DNA of 63,753 nucleotides, filler included, from Olpidium bornovanus S191 (taxonomy: Eukaryota > Fungi > Olpidiomycota), in the NCBI GenBank assembly GCA_017911155.1. It is 32 parts of 32 records of this genome, joined end to end, with 100 filler letters (N's around TTAATTAATTAA, not from the genome) between each part and the next. Parts side by side here need not be neighbours in the genome. Positions count along the whole stretch, not along the records: positions 57,389 to 59,605 come from JAEFCI010006440.1; positions 59,706 to 62,206 come from JAEFCI010002324.1; positions 62,307 to 63,753 come from JAEFCI010010553.1; 29 more parts are not named here. One strand, 5' to 3'. Positions 58,604 through 63,753 of the stretch are shown in pieces; within the stretch, counting starts at the first letter, position 1, and every line of letters begins with the position of its first letter. The notes under the pieces are model-generated. The model was not told the DNA's origin and did no database searches. It saw only the letters and a list, made by a program, of their open reading frames with translations. A program made the translations under genes and the position numbers.

Positions 58604-59102
58604 CCGCCGGCTTCCACCTAAGCGGGGCGCCAAAAGCGTTCCCCCCAATCGTTGGGCACTGCCGCAAGCGCACCCGAGGATCTGCAGATTCCCTTGGTCC
58701 TACCAGATAGGGCTCGAGTTTCCGGATATTTTGTCTCTTTCTTGTTTCCTTTTTCCCCCCCCTTTGCCTCCCATTTTGAAATTATTTTTTTTTCCGGGCA
58801 AGCTGGGGAGTCCCGGTGTACAATCCTTATTCTTTTCGTTCGTTCTTGTTCGACGATTTTTGCCCTTATCTTTCTCCAGATCCTTCCCCCCCCCCCTCAC
58901 ACACACACACACACACACTTCCGCCATCAGAAAAAAAAAGCATGTTTATGATAGCACTCGTATTTCACATCACCCTTTCTTCCTCTCCTTTTCCTTCCCC
59001 CTCCCCCACCCCCCCACTCCCCAACCAAACACTGCCGTTGCTTCACCAGATCTTCCTTTTTTTTTCGTGTCCACACCCCTTTTTTTTCTTTTTTGCTTTC
59101 TT

Positions 59103-59139
<37 letters not shown>

Positions 59140-59154
59140 CCCCCCCCTTTTCCC

Positions 59155-59219
<65 letters not shown>

Positions 59220-59705
59220 GCCCCCGGCTTTCACGGCCCCGTCGTTCTTGTGTATCCTCTGCCACAATTATTATGTATGTTGGAAACCGAATCGACCCCT
59301 TCCCCCACACTCCCCCCTCACCCTCCCTAACCCGCACCGCTGTCCAAATTTATTAATTTTGGAGAATGCATTTGCCGTCTTTCATTTACGGAAACAGAAG
59401 GAAAAGGAGGAGGACGATGGCGCCACAGCACGTTTGCCCTCAATGTCGCGTAGCAACAGCCCCCCCGACGAGAAAAATCCGTTTCATGTAAAAGAGCAGC
59501 GCATCAAGATTTTTCCCGATTTGCGCATTCAAACGCCGGTTATGCGTTTCCGTCGGAAACGCGACGACGGGGCTCTTTTTAATTTATTTATTTTATTTTA
59601 TTTTANNNNNNNNNNNNNNNNNNNNNNNNNNNNNNNNNNNNNNNNNNNNTTAATTAATTAANNNNNNNNNNNNNNNNNNNNNNNNNNNNNNNNNNNNNNN
59701 NNNNN

Positions 59706-61362
59706 AGAAACGGACACGGCGGACGAACTATTCGATAGTCCAGTGATACCGGGGCTGGAGCCATTTGATCCAGCGCACGGAATTGACATTCTCAATTACC
59801 TTGACGACGTCGAAAGGAAGTTCATGAAAGAGGAAATTTCTTGGTCGTTTTGGGGATCGCTTGTGGCATCACGACTTCCAACACCTCTCAGAGAAGCAGT
59901 TAAATTTGACTGGCGGACCGGCAACGTGATTCAACCCTGGAATTGGTCTAGGATAAAACAGTCCGTCGGCACACGCGCCCACGGATGGGGCGGAGATCTC
60001 GCTTCTTTATATCTTAGCAAGTTGGAGAACATTGAATGGGACCCGTCCGAGGGATACCTCGGCTTCACCCAAAAGGCCCTGACATATTACATCCAGTGGG
60101 CGAACGCCGCCGGATACCCGGAGAAAATACGCGACGGGGAACAACTCCAGCGTAATTTCCTCCTCAGGGCTGTCAAAAATAAGCTGCCGGAGCTTTTAGC
60201 AAAGGACCTTCCGAACCCGGACAAATTAACGTGGCGGGAGGCAAGTACGATTTTGGACGAAGCGTACAAGCGCCATTGCGAAGTCGGGACTCCAGGCATT
60301 GCGTCGCCGGAGTCCGCGCCCGGCACCCGCCCTCCCCCCCTAGAAGGGGAAGAGTTCCGTCGGTTTCCCGAGGTGTTTGCCAAGTCGGATCCTCGCGTCT
60401 TTGCGGACTCTTCGCTTACGCGCGACGGGACCAAAAGACGCGTGGAGTGTTCGCCGACGGCGACGGCGACGGCGACGCCTTCGCCGCCTCCGCCGCGGCA
60501 TCTGAACGACCTCGCGCGTCGCACAGTTCCGGAAGACCAGAAGAAGAGGACGAGGTGCCGAAACAGGCCGTGTTATAATTCCAGGTGCGCGTTCGCCCAC
60601 GAACCGGGCCAGAGTCGGGCGGCCCGAGGAAGGTCGGCCGAGTCCGGCGGCGGCTGGACCGCCGAGAGGAGGTCGCCGTGCACGAAACTTTTTAGCGTCG
60701 AGTGCCGGAACTACCCCTGCAGCCGGCCGAGCTGCACCTTCAGACACTTAAAGAGCCAGAAGCCCTGGAAAGCGGAACGCGAGGGCGAGCGAGCTGACGA
60801 GGAGGTAAGGAAGCGGGGCCGCGACCCGGACTACTACGACAACCATTACCACCGGGGCGGCGGCGACCACCGCCACCACCGTGTCCCCCGCGATCTGGCG
60901 GCGGAAGTCTCTCCCAGCCGCCGCGCCAGGGCCAACGGCGGCCGCAGCGTCCGGCTGGAAAAGGACGGCAGGGGCGGCGTCGGCAGGACCGACGACGGCT
61001 GGTGGGAATCAAGGGACGAGGGGCGGCCGCGCAGGCGAAGTGCGCAGAACGCGTCGTCGGGGTTGGCTGAGTTTGCACGCGACGACGACGGCCGCGGCGA
61101 CGTCCTCGAGGGGCGCGACGGGTGCGGCGACGACGAACGTCGAAGGAGCCCGTACCGCCAGTCCTTCGCGACGGGCCCCAAGCGCCAGCGACGGTCCGAC
61201 GACGAAGTTGGCGTCCGGCCTCGCGAAGCCGACCGCGGCAGCGGCAGGGCGGCCCTCACGGGATGCGCCCGGCCCTGGCAGGCAGACATCGACTGTTGGT
61301 ACAAGCCGTGCACGAACCGAAACTGCAAGTACCGTCACCGCGAGGGCCAGTGGCACGCTTAA
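59706..61362 (+). CDS. Gag/capsid-like protein with three C-x4-C-x4-C-x3-H zinc fingers, intronless, 5'-partial (at least 551 aa)
   Basis: Frame is open from the contig edge to TAA at 61360-61362. Capsid-like LEPFD..DILNYLDDVERKF...W...L...WNWSRIK...LSKLENI...EGYLGF...FLLRAV...LTWREASTIL; fingers at 60556-60600, 60703-60747 and 61294-61338. Confidence 0.75.
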
Positions 61363-63132
61363 TGGGCAAACCGCCGTCGGGTTTTACGACGTTGACGCCG
61401 CGGAGAAAGTGGGCAAGAGAGAAAGAAGAGCCGCGCGGAAGAATACGTCAAGGCACCTTTTCAGGGGGAGAGGGAGGAAGGGAGGAGGGACAAACCGTCG
61501 TTATGCTTATCACGGCAGAACCCGATACTCCCCCCCCCCCCCATCAGCCCCGCCTGGGGAACAGTTTCCCGGGAAGCCGCTACTTTATTTGGACAAATCC
61601 GCGAAAGGCAGGCGCTGGCCGTGTTGACCATTAATAAATTACTCGCGCATGTTCAAAAACAACAAGGAAGAGAGAAAAGAAAAAAGAAGGAAAAAAAGAA
61701 AGAAGCGAGGAAGCGCATCATTTTGCTTCGCTGCTTCGCCAATTTCGGAAAGTTGGCCCCATGCAAACGAAAGAGAAAAAAGTCTTCTGTTTTTTCGTTG
61801 TTTCGCGGACGTCAAACAAGCAACAGAAAAAAAAAAATAAAAAATAAAAAATAGAACCGGCGCATCAACAAACTACCCGGTCGAGGAAAAGCGTTTCCTC
61901 CCCCTACCTCTGGCTTGATCCACACACGGACAAACAGGAGGGAAACAACAAAAAAAGGAAAGAAAAATAAAAATAGAAAAGCTGCGATTCGCACACCCTT
62001 CTTGTTTCGCCGGATCAGAGAGAGATTCCGGCCCGAATCCCACGCTTCCCCAAATTGGGAAAGGAAAACAAAAAGCGAACTGGAATCATGGGTGATGTTA
62101 GAGATAGAACTTGTGGAAACTGCTGGCGTGCAGTTGTCATAGTTAGATTGCACCGATTGGAACCCCTTGATGCTTGTACCCCTTTATGTACAGTAGTGTT
62201 GCTCTCNNNNNNNNNNNNNNNNNNNNNNNNNNNNNNNNNNNNNNNNNNNNTTAATTAATTAANNNNNNNNNNNNNNNNNNNNNNNNNNNNNNNNNNNNNN
62301 NNNNNNCATGTGGCGTCAAGTTTTCCAAAGGCATTTTGCCGGCTGGTAAAAAGCGGAAGCGAGAAGACGGCGACAGCGGCGCCGGGAATACCAAGTCCGC
62401 CGGAAAGAAGAAGGCGAAAGGCGAGAAATAGAATTGACGGAAGACAGTTTTGTGTCTATCACGGAGACGGATTGAGAAGAAAATGAAGACCGCGAAAAGT
62501 TCTCCATTGCGACTTCCGTCCGCTTTTGCGTGATCTGGTCTTCCTTACGCTAATTCTCTTTTGATATCCCGGCCGAACGTTGCCCCCACGCCCCCCCCCC
62601 TTCCCTACCCCCTCTCCAATCTCTACGCTGTCGTTTTAGTTCTGTGCTCCCTCATCCACAGGCTAGGTCCCCGGCGGCGCGACTCGCAAAATGATCACCC
62701 TCGATTTTGGTCCCCGCAATACGCTTTCTCACTGATCTTGCACATTGCCTGGGTCGCTTGTATCATACCCCTGTTCCGAACCACATCACACAATCACTTT
62801 AAAAAATGTGCGGACGAGAAAACGGAAATTTTTTTGACTGAAGCTGGAATTTGTCACGGGGAATGATAACGCGCCGCGTCACGTGCCGATGCGAAAGGCT
62901 TTATTGCGGCTTTTTCTTTTCTTTTTTTCTTCTTTTTTTGGGGGGCTTGCGGGGAGGGGGTGGGGATGAGACCAATAAGGGAGTGCCGCGGAAACGGTGG
63001 TCCCTGTACAGTACAGCCTTCCTTCGGATATGTTCTTCCCTCCATAGCCTTGGAAAAGTTATGAAATCGCCTGTCGACTAAGAGACGGTGACTAAGTTAT
63101 AATTAATGCCGAAGGGAACATTATGGCAGGCG

Positions 63133-63381
63133 TTACCCTGCTATTTTCGAGCGTTTTGATTCCGTCACCTCTCGGTATAACAGCATCTGATATAACAGCC
63201 AAACAGCGTCCTGCGTATAACAGCAGCAGCCGTGATGATCAGAATTACTTTCCTTTAATCTATCAATAGCCACGACAAATGGATGCCTTAGACCTAAGAT
63301 ATAATCTTCGTGTAATGTTCTAAGCCTTTCTAGAAATAGTTGGTTGCACACTTCCAGTGAAATCATTAAATTTGTGATCAA
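63133..63381 (-). CDS. Possible exon of an unidentified gene
   Basis: Complex open frame (EVCNQLFLERLRTLHEDYILGLRHPF...) ending at a G|GTAA donor-like site; no family recognised. Confidence 0.3.
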   Translation of the reverse strand: MITNLMISLEVCNQLFLERLRTLHEDYILGLRHPFVVAIDRLKESNSDHHGCCCYTQDAVWLLYQMLLYREVTESKRSKIAG

Positions 63382-63753
63382 ACTTCGAAACTCTGAGCAT
63401 AAGTTTGATGGTTTCTGTTTTTTTCCCTTTGTTTTGTTTTACGTTTATTCGCAGAGTCGATTATTTACATACACCGGGGGAATTCGAAATTCAACACGCC
63501 TCCTCGGCTGTAGACGAATTGGTGAGAAAAAGTAGGAAGAAGGAGGAAGAAAGGGAGAGAAAGAAAAAAAAGAAAGAAAAACGAAGGGAAACGGACGGGG
63601 GCAGCAGGGTGTGTTCGAGGCAGGTTTTTGGGCATGGTGGCTAAAATTGAGCGGCCTCAGGGGTGCCGGCCTCAGGCTCGCAGGGCGCACGGGACAATCA
63701 CGATTTCAGGGCGCTGTAGACCTCAGCGCCAACGAAAATGCCCAGTCCCTCGG

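Noticed and set aside
61463-61490. Purine run after the Gag-like ORF as a polypurine tract
   Set aside because: Not followed by a TG LTR start, and purine runs are ubiquitous in this genome; weak without a second LTR.
1-63753. tRNA, rRNA and snRNA genes
   Set aside because: No cloverleaf with T-loop/D-loop consensus or rRNA/snRNA signature was seen by eye; tRNAscan-SE and Infernal would be needed to exclude them.

Overview
This window is not one locus. It is 32 short contigs (about 1.1-4.7 kb) joined by 31 identical artificial 100-bp spacers (44 N + TTAATTAATTAA + 44 N), so adjacency across spacers carries no biological meaning. The DNA is GC-rich and eukaryotic, with spliceosomal introns, long homopolymers and (GA)n tracts. 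Housekeeping genes look fungal (PTC2, MET6, ADE4, SEC21, SEC24C/D-type, short ATG16, SAL1, FLX1, PUF3, MRPL6, guanine deaminase, M28 aminopeptidase, DDHD lipase). Two flagellar genes (IQUB-like, TMEM107) point to a zoosporic, early-diverging fungus; an Olpidium-like organism is my guess and is unverified. There are relics of four transposon groups (chromoviral Ty3/gypsy, Ty1/copia twice, pogo/DDE_1, possibly MULE/FAR1). The strongest novelty candidate is an intact, intronless ORF at 59706-61362. It joins a Ty3/gypsy-like capsid domain to three C-x4-C-x4-C-x3-H zinc fingers instead of a CCHC knuckle, with no intact pol visible after it, suggesting a domesticated Gag-like RNA-packaging protein. 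Other highlights are a mucin-stalk protein with a C-type lectin-like domain, three orphan secreted proteins (including a 64-aa four-cysteine peptide visible only after splicing), an acyl-CoA synthetase with its catalytic Lys replaced by Glu, and a non-coding contig of repeat arrays and twin TATA boxes ending in a structured, polyadenylated element. No tRNA, rRNA or CRISPR array was found. All family assignments come from motif recognition by eye; no database search was run.
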